From positions 189,658,001 through 189,722,000 of the forward strand of contig OX597814.1 in the NCBI GenBank assembly GCA_951406725.2: a stretch of 64,000 nucleotides of DNA. Reading direction: 5' to 3'. This document shows, piece by piece, positions 1 through 19,767 of the stretch (positions are counted from its first letter, which is position 1; every line of letters begins with the position of its first letter). Position numbers and translations under genes: made by a program. The notes beneath the pieces were generated by a model. The model did no database searches. It had not been told where the DNA came from and saw only the letters and a program-made list of their open reading frames with translations. The stretch comes from Octopus vulgaris (Eukaryota).

Positions 1-393
1 ATTCCTTATTTTATTTTACTTGCTTGTATCTTCCCTTAAACTTGCACTCCTTTAGGTGCGTGTGAGTGTATACACGCGTGTGTGTATGTATATATGTATG
101 ACTATATCCTTATGTGTTTAGTGCATACGTGTTTTTATCACTTGTAAATTTATAATTTTCTCCTTCATATATTCGTTTTTTGCCCCTCTTTTTTTTTATT
201 GTCTCCGGTACCCTGAACTAGTTTTTGAGTAAGGTAACTCTCTTGAATACACCGACCGGTTCTGTCTGTGATCGCTGTTTTTTCTTTGTGAAGTTCTTTT
301 TGGATTTTTCTGTGCTTGTATGTACATTTTTTACTTAAATATTTTATCTTTATTCAAACATAGTATTGCCTACCATCTTTAAGCCTCTTGTAA

Positions 394-432
<39 letters not shown>

Positions 433-790
433 TTTTCAAATATTAATATGTATACGTAGAACTCTCTATGGATTTTTTTCTACTTGCGAACCTGTTGCGT
501 TATACTCTACTATACACACGTGGCCTTGTTTACTTTATAATTCTTCTCAACCTGTTACTATTTCTTTAAACATATCCGTAATAATTTAATTTTTATGTTA
601 TAGTTTTCTGCACATATAAACTTACATACACATTGATATGTCTTTCTTTTTCATCTCTCTCATTTCTCCCTTTTACGACTTGTTTGTAAATATCGATTTT
701 TCCCTATTACCCCATCTGTATTCTCCCTTATTATATCTTATTTTATTTTATTTCATTAAACCTTTCTTGATGTTCTTTCAAAAATTCCTC

Positions 791-887
791 ACACTGATGA
801 GAATTACAATGCATAAATTTAATTATAATTACTATGATTATAACTTTTTCTTACATATTTGCATTGTCTTTCGAAACGTGCGTATGT
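791..887 (+). ncRNA. Type I hammerhead ribozyme, long stem II
   Basis: aca-CTGATGA(794-800)-gaattacaatgca...tgcattgtctttc-GAAA(873-876)-cgtgc-GTA-tgt; stem I aca/tgt. Confidence 0.7.
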
Positions 888-984
888 ATTGAATCCAATT
901 TTTTGTATTAAATCTAATTTTGATTCAACATCTTTTTTCCTCCATTTTTATACTCGTTAATGGTATATTTATACCTATAATGAA

Positions 985-1042
<58 letters not shown>

Positions 1043-1061
1043 CTGTGGTAACTCCGACACT

Positions 1062-1500
1062 CAGGCTGTTCATGCTTAGCCCGAGTATAAATTTAGTAAA
1101 TGAACATGTATTTGTAAGCTGATTTAATTTCTGCCAACATTGACTTCAAGTATATAACTGCAGCCAATAACTCGAACTACTTTTATTGAGCCTGGTCATT
1201 CATTTTCGTTCAGCGTCTGGTAGTTGTCATAGAGGTGCCTTAGTAAAAATAGTACCATTTTTAGCAGACGTTCTCTCGACATCGTTCACACGCGCCTGAC
1301 TCGTGCACAGAAGTTACAACCCGAGTTTGTTATCTATAATCGTAAAAAGTAAATGCAATTCAAATTCAATGTTTTCTTGAAACAATAAATTTCTATAGAG
1401 ATTAGGATTTAAATTCCAATCTATGAAAAGTTTCCGGTCTACAATATTCTTAAAGGGACGAAAAATCATCCAGCAACTCGGGCTAATACGAATGAGCCTG
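1062..1500. mobile_element. Old MITE with CAGG termini (hAT-like?)
   Basis: caggctgttcatgcttagcccgagt vs actcgggctaatacgaatgagcctg; internal cccgagt motif; no TSD visible. Confidence 0.4.
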
Positions 1501-1716
1501 GTAGGTGTAAAAGACTAACTGATATATCTTCTCAAGGGTAGAGGCAACAGTCAGATCACTGATGTTTGCTGTATACTCCACTGTCGTTATTTGATTGCTG
1601 TTACTCTGTGTGTCTGTGTGTAAAGATCAGTTGTGTTTTGGAGGGTTGCTTTATTTTTACCCTTAACATAGGAATGGAGAAAGACATAGTGGTAGATATA
1701 AAATATATATATATAT

Positions 1717-2051
1717 TTAAACCAAATTTTCTCAAAACAACTTGTCCGATCTCCTCTTTGAGAAACATTGATTTAACCTAAATTTGAGGCACCAGCAAAA
1801 GAAGAAATAACGATAAACTATTTCTCGCGTACGCGTAGTATCGATGGCAACAGTTGATGTACTTGCGCGTACAAATGCATGTTCCCGCAGATTTATCGAT
1901 CGCATTCTCACATGGAATCGATTTTTGTAATTTTTTCAAGACTTCTACACGCCCTGATATCGTCGGTATCTACATATCAAATTTGAGCGCAATCGGATGG
2001 AGGATGCCCGAGATCCTAGAAGACACACAGACAGACAGACAGAACGGAGTT

Positions 2052-2060
<9 letters not shown>
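1717..2060 (-). mobile_element. Non-autonomous Helitron/Helentron-like 5' fragment
   Basis: Minus strand ataatataaactccgtt(ctgt)n...ccgattgcgctcaaatttg resembles the DINE-1/HINE-like core. Confidence 0.45.
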
Positions 2061-2113
<53 letters not shown>

Positions 2114-2686
2114 GACAAGCTTCTTTCAGTTTCCGTCTATCAAATCCACTCACAAGTCTTTCGTCGGCCCGAAGCTCTAGTAGAAGACACTTGTCAAGGG
2201 TGCCACGCAGTGGGACTGAACCCTGAACCATATGGTTAGGAAGCAATTTCTTACCACAAAACCACGCCTATGTACGTCTATCTGTATGTATGTTTATATA
2301 GAAGGTTGTTTGTTATAGCCACTCAGAGAGTGACTATTGGGTTCGCACCTGTAAGGTGATTGGATTCATAGGTGACTCATCAGAGTCAAATGGCCGAAAT
2401 CACATAACACTTCCTTTCATTTGAGACTGACAAGCCTACTTTCAATTCCCGGATTGGGCTGTGTGCTGTGCTCTTGAGCAAGACACTTTATTTCATGTTG
2501 CTCCGCTTCATTCAGCTGTAGAAATGAGCTGCAACTCCACTGATGTCAAGCGGTATTGGCCTTTGCCTTTCCCTTAGATAACATCGTTGGTCTGGAGACG
2601 GAAGGCTGGTAAGCATGGGCGACTGGTGGTCTTCCACAAAAACAACCTTGCCTGGGAAATCCCATGGTCATTCATAACCGAATGTA

Positions 2687-3064
2687 CACTACCTTCAGAA
2701 ATTAATTAGCACCCTTGATTTGCTCTTCACTCAAGGTATGTGCTGTCACCTAGTGGCCATATCTCGAACTATTGCTTTGTTGCGAGTTCACTGTTGCGCA
2801 GAACGATGACGTAACTTTGTTTGCAGAGCAGTTTGAGAGTCTACAGCCTTATGATGTTGACATAGCAGTGCAACAACAACTTGGAGTGCGGATGCAGACA
2901 AATTCCTTTGTTTAATAGATATAGGTAGCGCCTCGCAAGGACCGAAATCACACCATACTAAGTTTTCTCATCGCGTAAGACGTTTTGAACAGCTCATAGG
3001 TTAATTGATTTAACCTATTTAATGTAGAAATTTGAGAAGTGCTAATTAATTTCTGACGCAAGTG
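2687..3064. mobile_element. Tc1/mariner-type MITE
   Basis: TIRs cactaccttcagaaattaattagcac / gtgctaattaatttctgacgcaagtg, flanked by TA. Confidence 0.7.
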
Positions 3065-3080
3065 TATGTATCTATATCTA

Positions 3081-3455
3081 CAGGGTGATTCAAAAGTCGC
3101 CATACAGAGGAACAATTTATCTTTTTATAAGAAACAGTTTATAAGAACAGTATTTCATTTATTTAACAGGCTCTATATGGTTACCATTGTTTTGAATACA
3201 CATTGCAATACGCTTACCCCACTCATTGTCAACTCGTAATAGCACATCCGGTGATACGTGTGCAAATGAGTTGGTGATGTGTTCCTGCAAATGATTTATG
3301 TCTTTTATCTTTCCGCGATAAACCATGCCTTTCAAATGCCCTTAAAGATAGAAATCAAGAGGTGTAAGATCAGAGAATGTAGGGGATCTTATATTCTGTT
3401 ACTTGTTAAATAAAACTAGATTTTTCCTATTTATGGAGACTTTTGAATCACCCTG
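3081..3455 (-). mobile_element. Internally deleted Tc1/mariner-superfamily element
   Basis: TIRs cagggtgattcaaaagtc / gacttttgaatcaccctg with TA flanks; minus strand encodes SDLTPLDFYL*GHLKGMVY...CIQNNGNHIE (transposase C-terminus). Confidence 0.85.
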
Positions 3456-3463
3456 TATGTTTA

Positions 3464-4140
<677 letters not shown>

Positions 4141-4142
4141 AA

Positions 4143-4228
<86 letters not shown>

Positions 4229-4847
4229 ATAGGCGCAGGAGTGACTCTCTGGTAAGAAGTTTGCTTCCCAACCACATGGTTTAGGGTTCAGTCCCACTGC
4301 ATGACACCTTGGACAAGAGTCTTCTACTATAGTCTCGAGCTGACCAAAGCCTTGTGAGTAGATTTGGTAGCCGGAAACTGAAAGTAGCCCGTCGTGTATA
4401 TTGATATATATATATACATGTATGTATGTATGTATGTATGTATGTATGTATGTATGTATGTATGTATGTATGTATTTGTGTGTCTGTGCTTGTCTGTGCA
4501 GGTGTGTTTACGTGTCTGTGCAGGTGTGTTTACTTTTGGAATAAATACTAAGTTTAAGAAAAATAAGTACTGGTGTTGACGCATTCGGCTAAAAACTCTT
4601 CAAGGCAGTGGTGCTCCAACATGGTCGCAGTCTAATGACTGAAACAAGTAAAAGAGAAAAGATTAAAAAATTAGCATTTAGGCGCATGCATGGCTGTGTG
4701 GTAAAAATACTGCTTCTTAACCAGATGGTTCCAGTTTCAGTCCAACTGCGTGGTGTCTTGATCAAGTGTCTTCTACTATAGCCTCGGATCGACCAAAGCC
4801 TTTTGAGTGGAATTGCTAGACGGAAACTGAAACTAGCTAATATATAT

Positions 4848-5258
4848 AGGCGCAGGAGTGGCTGTGTGGTAAGTAGCTTTCTAACCAACCACATGGTTCC
4901 GGGTTCAGTCCCACTGCGTGGCACCTTGGGCAAGTGTCTTCTACTATACCCTCGGGCCGACCCATGCCTTGTGAGTGGATTTGGTAGACGGAAACTGAAA
5001 GAAGCCTGTCGTATATATGTGTATATATAAATGTATGTGTGTGTGTTTGTGTGTCTGTGTTTGTTCCCCTAGCATTGCTTGACAACCGATGCTGGTGTGT
5101 TTACGTCCCCGTAACTTAGCGGTTCGGCAAAAAGAGACCGATAGAATAAGTACTGGGCTTACAAAAAGAATAAGTCCCGGGGTCGAGTTGTTCGACTAAA
5201 GGCGGTGCTCCAGCTTGGCCGCAGTCAAATGACTGAAACAAGTAAAAGAGTAAAGAGT
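4848..5258 (+). mobile_element. tRNA-derived SINE family A, full length (cluster of copies 4231-5490)
   Basis: A box TGGCTGTGTGG, B box GGTTCAGTCCC, CORE-like CCTTGGGCAAGT, tail GTAAAAGAG repeats. Confidence 0.85.
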
Positions 5259-5489
5259 ATATATATTTGTGTGTATGTGTGTCAGTTTTTGTCCTCCCGC
5301 CACCGCTTGACAACCGATGTTGGTGTGTTTATATCGCTGTAACTTAGTCGTTCAGCAAAATAATAGAATATGTACTGGGCTTTCAAAGACTATATCCTGG
5401 GTTCGACTTCTTCGACTAAAACCCTTTAAAAGGTGCTCCGGCATGACCGCAGTTAAAATGTCTGAAAGAAGTGAAGGCATAAAAGAGTA

Positions 5490-10690
<5,201 letters not shown>

Positions 10691-11490
10691 TATACAAAAT
10701 AGTTTCTGAAATGTGTTTAAGTGTTATAAACATAAAACAAAATACGCATACACACATAGTCATACACACAGAGGCACTGAAGTACTCACATATTTTCACA
10801 TGTACACACGTACACACACACACAATGTTCTGTATGCTAATACGTACAGCTGAATGGCCAAATGTTGTTTACTACGATGCTATACGCATAACTACGAAGG
10901 AGGTTTGGTTAATTAACTGGCTCTTAAAACGAATGAACGAATTATACAAAAGAACGAGAGAAACATATCAGAACAATTGAAAAAGAAAAGAAAAGAAGAA
11001 AAAAAATGAACAAACCAAAGAAGACAAAAAAAAACACACACACACACACAAATACACACACAACAAAGTATAAAAATTTACAGTAATGAAAGAGAAGAAT
11101 AAAGAAGAAAGAAGCAGAACAGTAAAGGGAAGGAAACCGAATAAGTAAAAAGAGAGAGAGAGAAGAGGAAAAGAGAAGAAAGCAGTTTTATATTTTTTTA
11201 CCTCGCCTGTCATTAAGCTTTGCGTTCCTTGTGAGCAGCTCTCCAGAGCCGTTATATGCGTGTGTTCGACTTCTCCACCACTCACCCACCTCTCTCTATC
11301 ACTCATTTTCCCCCCGTCAGTCATCCTGTTCTCTTTCTCTTTCTCTTTCTTTCTTTCTTTCTTTTTTTTTTTCAATCTTACATCCTTTCTTCTTTCTATC
11401 TTTATTCATTTAATATATATTTCTTCCTTTTCCCTTTTTTTCAACGTCTCTTTTTTGGTCTCTGTTTCATTCTTTCTTTCTCTCCTCTCC

Positions 11491-11533
<43 letters not shown>

Positions 11534-11547
11534 CTCATTTCTCTTTA

Positions 11548-11946
11548 TCTTTACTCTTTTACTTGTTTCAGTCATTTGACTGCGGCCATGCTGGAGCACC
11601 GCCTTTAGTCGAGCAACTCGACCCCGGGACTTATTCTTTTGTAAGCCCAGTACTTATTCTATCGGTCTGTTTTGCCGAACCGCTAAGTGACGGGGACATA
11701 AACACACCAGCATCGGTTGTCAAGCAATGTTAGGGGGACAAACACAAAGATACACGCACAAATATATATATACATATATACGACGGGCTTCTTTCAGTTT
11801 CCGTCTACCAAATCCACTCACAAGGCTTTGGTCGGCCCGAGGCTATAGTAGAAGACACTTGCCCAAGGTGCCACGCAGTGGGACTGAACCCGGAACCATG
11901 TGGTTGGTGAACAAGCTTCTTACCACACAGCCACTCCTGCGCCTAT
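11548..11946 (-). mobile_element. SINE family A, full length
   Basis: Reverse complement of the 4848-5258 sequence. Other minus copies at about 2113-2270, 13141-13372, 14200-14675, 16660-16870, 18425-18800, 40460-41025, 47590-48010, 55040-55416. Confidence 0.85.
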
Positions 11947-12125
11947 CTAATATTCTTCTGTCTTTCTATGTGTGGTAAACAGTTTGCTTCCCAACCACAT
12001 GGTTCCAGGTTCAGTCCCACTGCTTGGCATCTACAGCAAAATGTTTTCTACTATCGCCACTTCAGTGCGACCAAAGCCTGAGTATTTGACAGACGGAAAC
12101 TGAAAGAAGCCTGACGTATATATAT

Positions 12126-12518
12126 AGGAGTGGCTGTGTCGTAAGCAGCTTGCTTACTAACCACATGGTTCCGGGTTCAGTCCCATTGCGTGGTACCATG
12201 GGCAAGTGTCTTCTACTATAGCCTCGGCCCAACCAAAGCATTGTGAGTGGATTTGGAGGGCGGAAACTGAAAGAAGCCCATCGTATATGTATGTATAGGT
12301 ATGTGTGTCTGTGTTTGCTCCCACCCCCTCTCCAACATTGCTTGACAACCGATGCTGTTGTGTTTACGTCCCCGTAACTTAGCGGCTCGGCAAAGAGTTC
12401 GATAGAATAAGTACTAGGCTTACAAAGAATAAGTCTTGGGGTCGATTTGCTCGACTAAAGGCGGTGCTCCAGCATGGCCACTGTCAAATGCCTGAAACAA
12501 GTAAAAGAGTAAAAGAGT
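12126..12518 (+). mobile_element. SINE family A
   Basis: Same head, body and tail; partial copies adjacent (11970-12120, 12660-12840). Confidence 0.85.
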
Positions 12519-12543
12519 ATATATATGTATGTATGTATATATG

Positions 12544-12623
<80 letters not shown>

Positions 12624-12754
12624 TGTGTTTTGCATGTATTGTTGTGTCTATGTTTTCCTCCCAACACCGCTAGACAGCCGGTGCTGGTGCTGCTTACGTC
12701 CACGAAAACTAGCGGTTCGGTAAATCAGGCCGATAAAATAAATACGAGGCATAA

Positions 12755-12793
<39 letters not shown>

Positions 12794-13032
12794 ATGAATA
12801 AGTTTCTGCTGCAGATTCATTCGACTGAAACAACTAAGAGATAACGGATTATCTTTCGAAACATGATGTCATTCACGTTCATGCGAGAATTCTCTCTGTC
12901 GCTTTATCTGTCTATCTACGAGTGTTGTGTTTGTAAACATATAAAACCCATATACCAACACACTCACATACACGCATAGGTACAGTAGTAATTATATATT
13001 TCTGTGTGTGTGTGTGTGTGAGTGTAAATACA

Positions 13033-13118
<86 letters not shown>

Positions 13119-13684
13119 TATATACATGTATGTATACATGTTACTCTTTTACTTGTTTCACTCATTTGACTGTGGCCATGCTGGAGCACCGCCTTTAGTC
13201 GACCAAATCGACCCCAGGACTTATTCTTTGTAAGCCTGGTACTTATTCTATCAGTCTCTTTTGCCGAACCATAAGTTACGGGGACGTAATTACACCAGCA
13301 TCGGTTGTCAAGCGATATATATATATACATCTGACGGGCTTCTTTCAGTTTCCGTCTACGATATCCACTCAAATATGCATATATAGAGTGTTAAGTGTGG
13401 TGTACAGAAAATGAATATTGAGAAAAAAAAAAGCCGTCAGAATTTTGGAAAAAAAAATTAATTTCTTCATTAAGATTAGCGCTTGCGTTCGTTTCTCAAA
13501 CTTGTCAAATTAAATTTTTTGAATGTACAAACACCTTGTTCATTTATATAAAGCATTATTTTTTTGGTGGTGGGGTTGTTTAGAAGAAGAGAACATTGTT
13601 TTTGTTTCTTTTGGGTCAGGTTCCATGACAATGGAGATAGACAGATAGAAACATAGGTAGGCCGATAGGCTGATAGATAAATAG

Positions 13685-14035
13685 ATACAAAATTCTATAA
13701 TTATGAGTATGATTATAATTAGGGTTCAGCAAAATTTGCTTCACCTCATACCGAAATTTAGAAATAACAGTTAAACTACTATTTTACTACCTTAAGTAAA
13801 TCTCCCAAACAGCAATACTCAACTTGCTGTGTGGGAGATTTTCTTATGGTAGTGAAATAGTACTTTAACCGATATTTCTAAATTGCGGTATGTGGTGAAG
13901 CAAATTTTGCTGAACCCTAATTATAATCATACTCATAATTATAGAATTTTTGTATAAGTTTAACGATAATGGTTCTTTTAACATACCAAACTACTTGGTA
14001 AAATTATTAATCATTAATTAATTAACTTTAACCCT
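13685..14035. repeat. Foldback palindrome (arms 13685-13815 and 13824-13955) with tail
   Basis: About 130-bp inverted arms. The tail resembles the reverse complement of 49425-49517. Confidence 0.8.
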
Positions 14036-14057
14036 TATTATTATGGATAAATTGATT

Positions 14058-14089
<32 letters not shown>

Positions 14090-14462
14090 CATACATACAT
14101 ACATACATACATACATACATACATACATACATACATACATACATACATGCATGCATGCATAAACTGATAGAGAGAGAAGTAGAATCTTTTTCCTCATTTC
14201 TGTAAAGTTGGGAACCCCATAAAATAGTTTAGCTTATCGTACCGACCCCTGACAAAATACTGTACCAGAACATTTTGCCGAACCCCGAAGTTACGGCGTT
14301 GCAAACAAAGTGACACTGTTTCAGAAGTAGTAGATAACAAATAAAAACAATTGCAATACAATACCCAGATGCACGCACGCGTGTACTTGCATTTGTGCAT
14401 GTATATATGTATGGTCTATCTTTTACTCTTTTACTGTCAAGCAATGACGTAAGGACAAAGAC

Positions 14463-14499
<37 letters not shown>

Positions 14500-14679
14500 T
14501 ACACACACACATATATTTACATATACATATACACACATATATAAATACTATGGGTTTCTTTTAGTTTCCGTCTACAAAATCCACTCACACGACTTTCATC
14601 ATTCCGAGGCTATAGTAGAAGACATTTGCCTGAAGTACCACTGAGTGTGACTGAAACCGGAATCATGTAGTTGGGAAGT

Positions 14680-16360
14680 TTAAATAAGTACCAGTTACGC
14701 ACTGGGGTCGATATAATCGACTAAGTCCATTTGTCTGTCCTTGTTTGTCCTCTGTGTTTAGCCCCTTGTGGGTAGTAAAGAAATAGGTATTTCGTCTACC
14801 GTTACGTTCTGAGTTCAAATTCCGCCGAGGTCGAATTTGCCTTTCATCCTTTCGGGGTCGATAAATTAAGTACCAGTTACGCACTGGTGTCGATGTAATC
14901 AACTTAATGTCTTTGTCTGTCCTCTCTATGTGGGCAATAAAGAAATAAGAAATATTAGCACGCCGGGCAAAATGCTTACCAGTATTACGTCTGCCGTTAC
15001 ATTCTGAGTTCAAATTGCGCCGAGGTCGACTTTGCCTTTCATTCTTTCGGGGTCGATAAATTAAGTACCAGTTGCGTACTGGGGTCGATCTAATCGACAG
15101 GCCCCCTCCACAAAAATTTCGAACCTTGTGCCCAGAGTAGAAAAGAATATTATTACGTGCTGAAAGGCGGTGAGCTGGTACAAGCATTGGCAAACCGGAC
15201 TAAATGCTTCCCCCCATTTTCGTCCATGTTTATATCCTGAGTCTAAATTAGGCTGAAGGCGACTCTGCCTTTCATCATTTCGGGGTCGTGAAATAAACAC
15301 CACTTAAGCACTGGTGTCGATGTAATCGACTTAACCCTCCCCCGAAATTTCTGCCTTTTTGCCAAAATTTCAAATCAGTCTCCACCCATGGATCTCTTTG
15401 ATTCTTACGCTAATCTACTGGGCATTCAAAGCCATTCAATGTTTTAAAAATCTTCTCGTATTTTGGTAATTTATTATTATTAAGAATTGAAAGGAGGCGA
15501 GCTGGCAGAATCCTTAGCAAGCCGGTCTAAATGCTTCCCAGTATTTTGTCCGCGTTTATTCTCTGGGTTCAGATTACGCCGAAGTCGACTTGCCCTTTCG
15601 TTTCGGTGTCGATAAAATTAGAATTAGTTAAACAATGGGATCGATGTAATCGATTTTAAATCGAGAATATTTTAAATCACGAATATTAGATTTTGAACGT
15701 GGCGAGCAGGTAGAATCGTTAACAAGCCGGACTAAATGCTTCCCAGCATTTCGTTCGTGTTTACTTTGTGTGTTTACATTCCGCGCAGATCGACTTTGCC
15801 TTTCGGGGGCCTGTCGATTTCGGGGGCGATAAAGGGGGCCGGTGTAATCGACTTACCCATTCCTCAAACTTGCTGGCATTTGGGCAAAATTTCAAATCGA
15901 TATTGGTTTCAAATTTTGATACACAAAGCCAGCAATTTCTGGAGAAAGGAGTAGATCGATTACATTGACCCCAGTGCTCAACTGCTACCTATTTTATCGC
16001 CTCCGAAAGAATGAAAGGGAAAGTCGACTTCGGCGGAATTTGAACTCACAATGTGAAGACAGGCGAAAGGCCATTAAGAATTTTGTCCGACGCGGCAACG
16101 ATTCTGCTGGTTCACCGCCTTCAACACCTAATGGTATTGAAGTGAAATTTCGTAGCACATTGAGCTGGCAGAATCGTTACAGCGTCAGGCGAAATACTTA
16201 GTGGCATTTCGTCTGTCTTCGTGTTCTGAGTTCAAATTCCGACTAGGTGAACTTTTGGGGTCGATAAAATAAGTACCAGTTGAACACTGGTGGTCGATGT
16301 AATCGTCTTACACCTCGCCCGAAATTTCTGACTTTGTGCCAAAATTTGAAATCAATATTA
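14680..16360. mobile_element. Cluster of SINE family B copies (mostly +, one - copy at about 15905-16120)
   Basis: Repeated family B core; a similar cluster lies at 7764-8278 and a single copy at 22228-22400. Confidence 0.8.
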
Positions 16361-16880
16361 TTAGGTGTCGTATAAAAAATATTTAATATTTAATATTAAA
16401 ATATTTAATATAGTAGAATTATAATCGATATATTGTGCGATATATTTTAACAAAAATATTTTATAGGGACCTTATGGGTCATATGTAACTCGGTTGAGAA
16501 ACAAAAATTTATAGCATCATCTGCCGTGAGGTCTTTGTCTCCATCTGCCTGACTGTTTATGCATGTACGTATCTATATATATATGTGTGGATGTAAGTGG
16601 GTATATGTGTATGTATGTAACTATATGCCAATCTATCTATCAATACATGTATCAATGTTCTTTTATTCTTTTATTTGTTTCTGTCATTTGACTGCCGCCA
16701 TGCTGGAGTACTACCTTGAAGGGTTTTAGTCAAACAAATGGATCTCAAGACATTTTCTTAAAGTCTAGTACTTATTCCATCGTTCTCTTTATCCGAACAG
16801 CTAGGTCATACGGACGGAAACACACCAACGTTTGTCAAACGGTGATGAAGTACAAGCACTGATACAAAGACTCACACACA

Positions 16881-16915
<35 letters not shown>

Positions 16916-17555
16916 CACTGTATACAAACGAGAGAATTGTGAAATAAGAAAATAAGATTCAGATCGTTGCGGGTGTGTGGAGAAAAAGCAGATGCATATA
17001 ACTACATAAATTATAAATAAATATAACAAATAATATGTATACATATATATATATATATGAAAGAAGGTTTGAAAATGCAATTTTAAAAGATGTTGTTAAC
17101 AACAAACAAGATGAGGACAAATATCCATCAAATGAAAATAATGTAAATAATGTACATAATTCCTCATCTCTTAAATATAGAACTGTAAGCAGAACCATTG
17201 ATACCGAAATTCATCTGATGGGTGAAAATATGTTTCACCACCAAACAGCATTAGCCGACGACAACTGAAAGTGATAAAACCCATTAGATAGGAAACTAGA
17301 CAATTGTCCGGAATCAAATAATGAAAATATTTCTGATGTATGTTCTGAGGAGACTTAGCGTGTGGACCTGGTGTGTTTGAGCAAGAGGAAAGAGATACAA
17401 ATGGGAACAGAAAAACATAAAAGGCGAAAGCACTAAATAGGGCAGCAAAGGTCTAAAACTCGGAGTAGAAAATAATTGGAGTATAATTTTATTAAATAGT
17501 GGTCCAGAGGAATCTAAACTATATAAGTTATACAGGTGTGGCTTAAATAAAAAAG

Positions 17556-17588
<33 letters not shown>

Positions 17589-17694
17589 TAAGAAATAAAA
17601 TGAAATATATGGGCGGAGTAAAACTTAATGGTACGTAGGTATGTATATATATGTACATACACATATACATATATATATATATATAATCACTCAG

Positions 17695-17723
<29 letters not shown>

Positions 17724-17730
<7 letters not shown>

Positions 17731-17937
17731 ATCCCTCGATTATCGCGCGAGTTGCGTTCCCAACATCCCCTCCTCGTGATAGGTGAAGTGAAGTAGAAAC
17801 AGTACTGTACTGTATATTTTTGTATTATTTTTATAATTTGTATATATAAATTTCATTATAAATGCAAAACATCACGGAGGTATCGACGTAAGGTTAAATA
17901 ACCGCGATAGGCGAACCGCAATATCGCCAGAGATTAC

Positions 17938-17939
<2 letters not shown>
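17724..17939. mobile_element. Tigger/pogo-like MITE
   Basis: Ends cagagtaatccctcgattatcgcg / cgcaatatcgccagagattact. Confidence 0.55.
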
Positions 17940-17996
<57 letters not shown>

Positions 17997-17998
<2 letters not shown>

Positions 17999-18366
17999 AA
18001 TTGCAACGTGGAAGATGGTTATAAGTCATTTAAGAAACACACAAAACCGTTAGATTCACTTCAACATTTAAATATAAATTGGCAAAATATTTAAATTTAA
18101 TTTGTCAAAATATTTTCGTCGCTTTCAGACCGCGACCTGTTCACTGACAAAACTTCGAGATGCAGCACGAACTTTTTGTCAGTGAACAGATCGCGGTCTC
18201 AAAGCGACGAAAATATTTTGACAAATTAAATTTAAATGTTGAAGTGAATCTAATGGTTTTGTGTGTTTCTTAAGTGGCTTATAAACACCTTCCACGCTGC
18301 AATTGTTTTCGTTCCAGCACACGATCTCAGATCAAGTCACTCGCTATGCAAGTACATCTCCGTAAT
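17997..18366. repeat. Foldback palindrome (arms about 17997-18152 and 18173-18306) with tail
   Basis: Inverted arms each carrying the G3-C8 HHR; flanked by (GT)n and (TA)n. Confidence 0.85.
18175..18225 (+). ncRNA. Minimal hammerhead ribozyme with G3-C8 core (inverted copy on - strand at 18101-18150)
   Basis: tttgtca-GTGAACA-gatcgc..gcgac-GAAA-atat-TT-tgacaaa; 7-bp stem I, palindromic AATATT stem III. Confidence 0.75.
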
Positions 18367-18797
18367 ATATATATATATGATATAATATAAATAATATATA
18401 TTAATAATATAAATAATATATATTCTTTTAGTTTGTTACTTGTTTCAGCCGTTAGACTGTGGCCATGCTGGAGCAATGCTTTTAGTCAAACAGATCGACC
18501 CCGGTACTTATTCATTGTAAGCTAGTACTTATTCTATTCGCCTCTTTAGCCGAACCTCTAAGTTTGGAGGATACAAACATACTACCATCGGTTGTGAAGC
18601 GATGATGGGGGGGGGAGGACAAAAAAGGCACAAACACACACACACACACACATGTATATATATACGGCGGATTTCTTTTAGTTTCCGTCTACCAACTCCA
18701 CTCATATGGCTTTCGTCGGCTGCCCCAAGGTGCCACGCAGCGGGACTGAACCCAGAACCATCGGGTTGGTAAGCAAGCTACTTACGACACAGCCACT

Positions 18798-18891
<94 letters not shown>

Positions 18892-19010
18892 CGTGTGTGT
18901 GTGTAACCAAATGCGTAGAGCGTTACTTTAGCGTGTTCACTTGTCTGCATATGTGTGTATCAATGAATCTATCTTTCTCTCTCTGTATGTATTTATGCAT
19001 ATATATATAT

Positions 19011-19305
19011 ATGGCCCAGTGGTTAGGGCAGCGGACTCGCGGTCGTAGGATCGTGGTTTCGATTCCTAGACCGGGCGTTGTGAGTGTTTATTGAGCGAAA
19101 AACACCTAAAAAGCTGCACGAGGCTCCGGCAGGGGGTGGTGATCCCTGCTGTACTCTTTCACCACACTTTCTCTCACTCTTTCTTCTGTTGGCCTGCTCG
19201 CAGCAAGCGGGGTGGCGTCATTCGAAGGCTAAAACAATGCGAACGCATTGTGACCAGCGATGTGTAACAACATCTGATGGTCTAGTTGGTCACGTGATCA
19301 CGTGA
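19011..19305 (+). mobile_element. tRNA-derived SINE family C (related copies 32985-33250 and 43524-43828)
   Basis: TGGCCCAGTGGTTAGGGCAGCGGACTCGCGGTCG..GGTTTCGATTCC tRNA-like head. Confidence 0.75.
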
Positions 19306-19311
19306 TCATAC

Positions 19312-19365
<54 letters not shown>

Positions 19366-19368
19366 CAT

Positions 19369-19545
19369 ATATTCTGTTGTGTCTGGGGAGAGTCATTTAC
19401 TTTTTCTGCCTTATAATTTAACACACTCACCGTTAAAATTTCCACTAAATAAAAAATTAGAAACAAGTGGAAATTTTCACCGGTGACTGTGTTAAGAAAT
19501 AATAGCACAAAAAGAAAATGACTCTCTCCAGATACAACAGAATAT
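19369..19545. repeat. Imperfect foldback palindrome
   Basis: atattctgttgtgtctggggagagtcattt... pairs with ...aaatgactctctccagatacaacagaatat; (TA)n flanks. Confidence 0.75.
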
Positions 19546-19597
19546 GCTTCAACACACGAACTCACATAAAGAATCTTGCAAACCAAATCCCCAAACG

Positions 19598-19685
<88 letters not shown>

Positions 19686-19767
19686 ACAAAGTTGAGTTGT
19701 GGGGTATCGCACGAGTGGAATTATATACGAAAGAAGGTTTGAAAATGCAATTTAAAAGATGTTTATT

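Noticed and set aside
17211-17256. HHR-like CTGATGG-gtgaaa..tttcac
   Set aside because: Core and GAAA are both mutated; unsupported without a consensus.
19011-19085. tRNA gene
   Set aside because: The tRNA-like A/B boxes continue into a SINE body shared with other copies, and no complete acceptor stem is visible.
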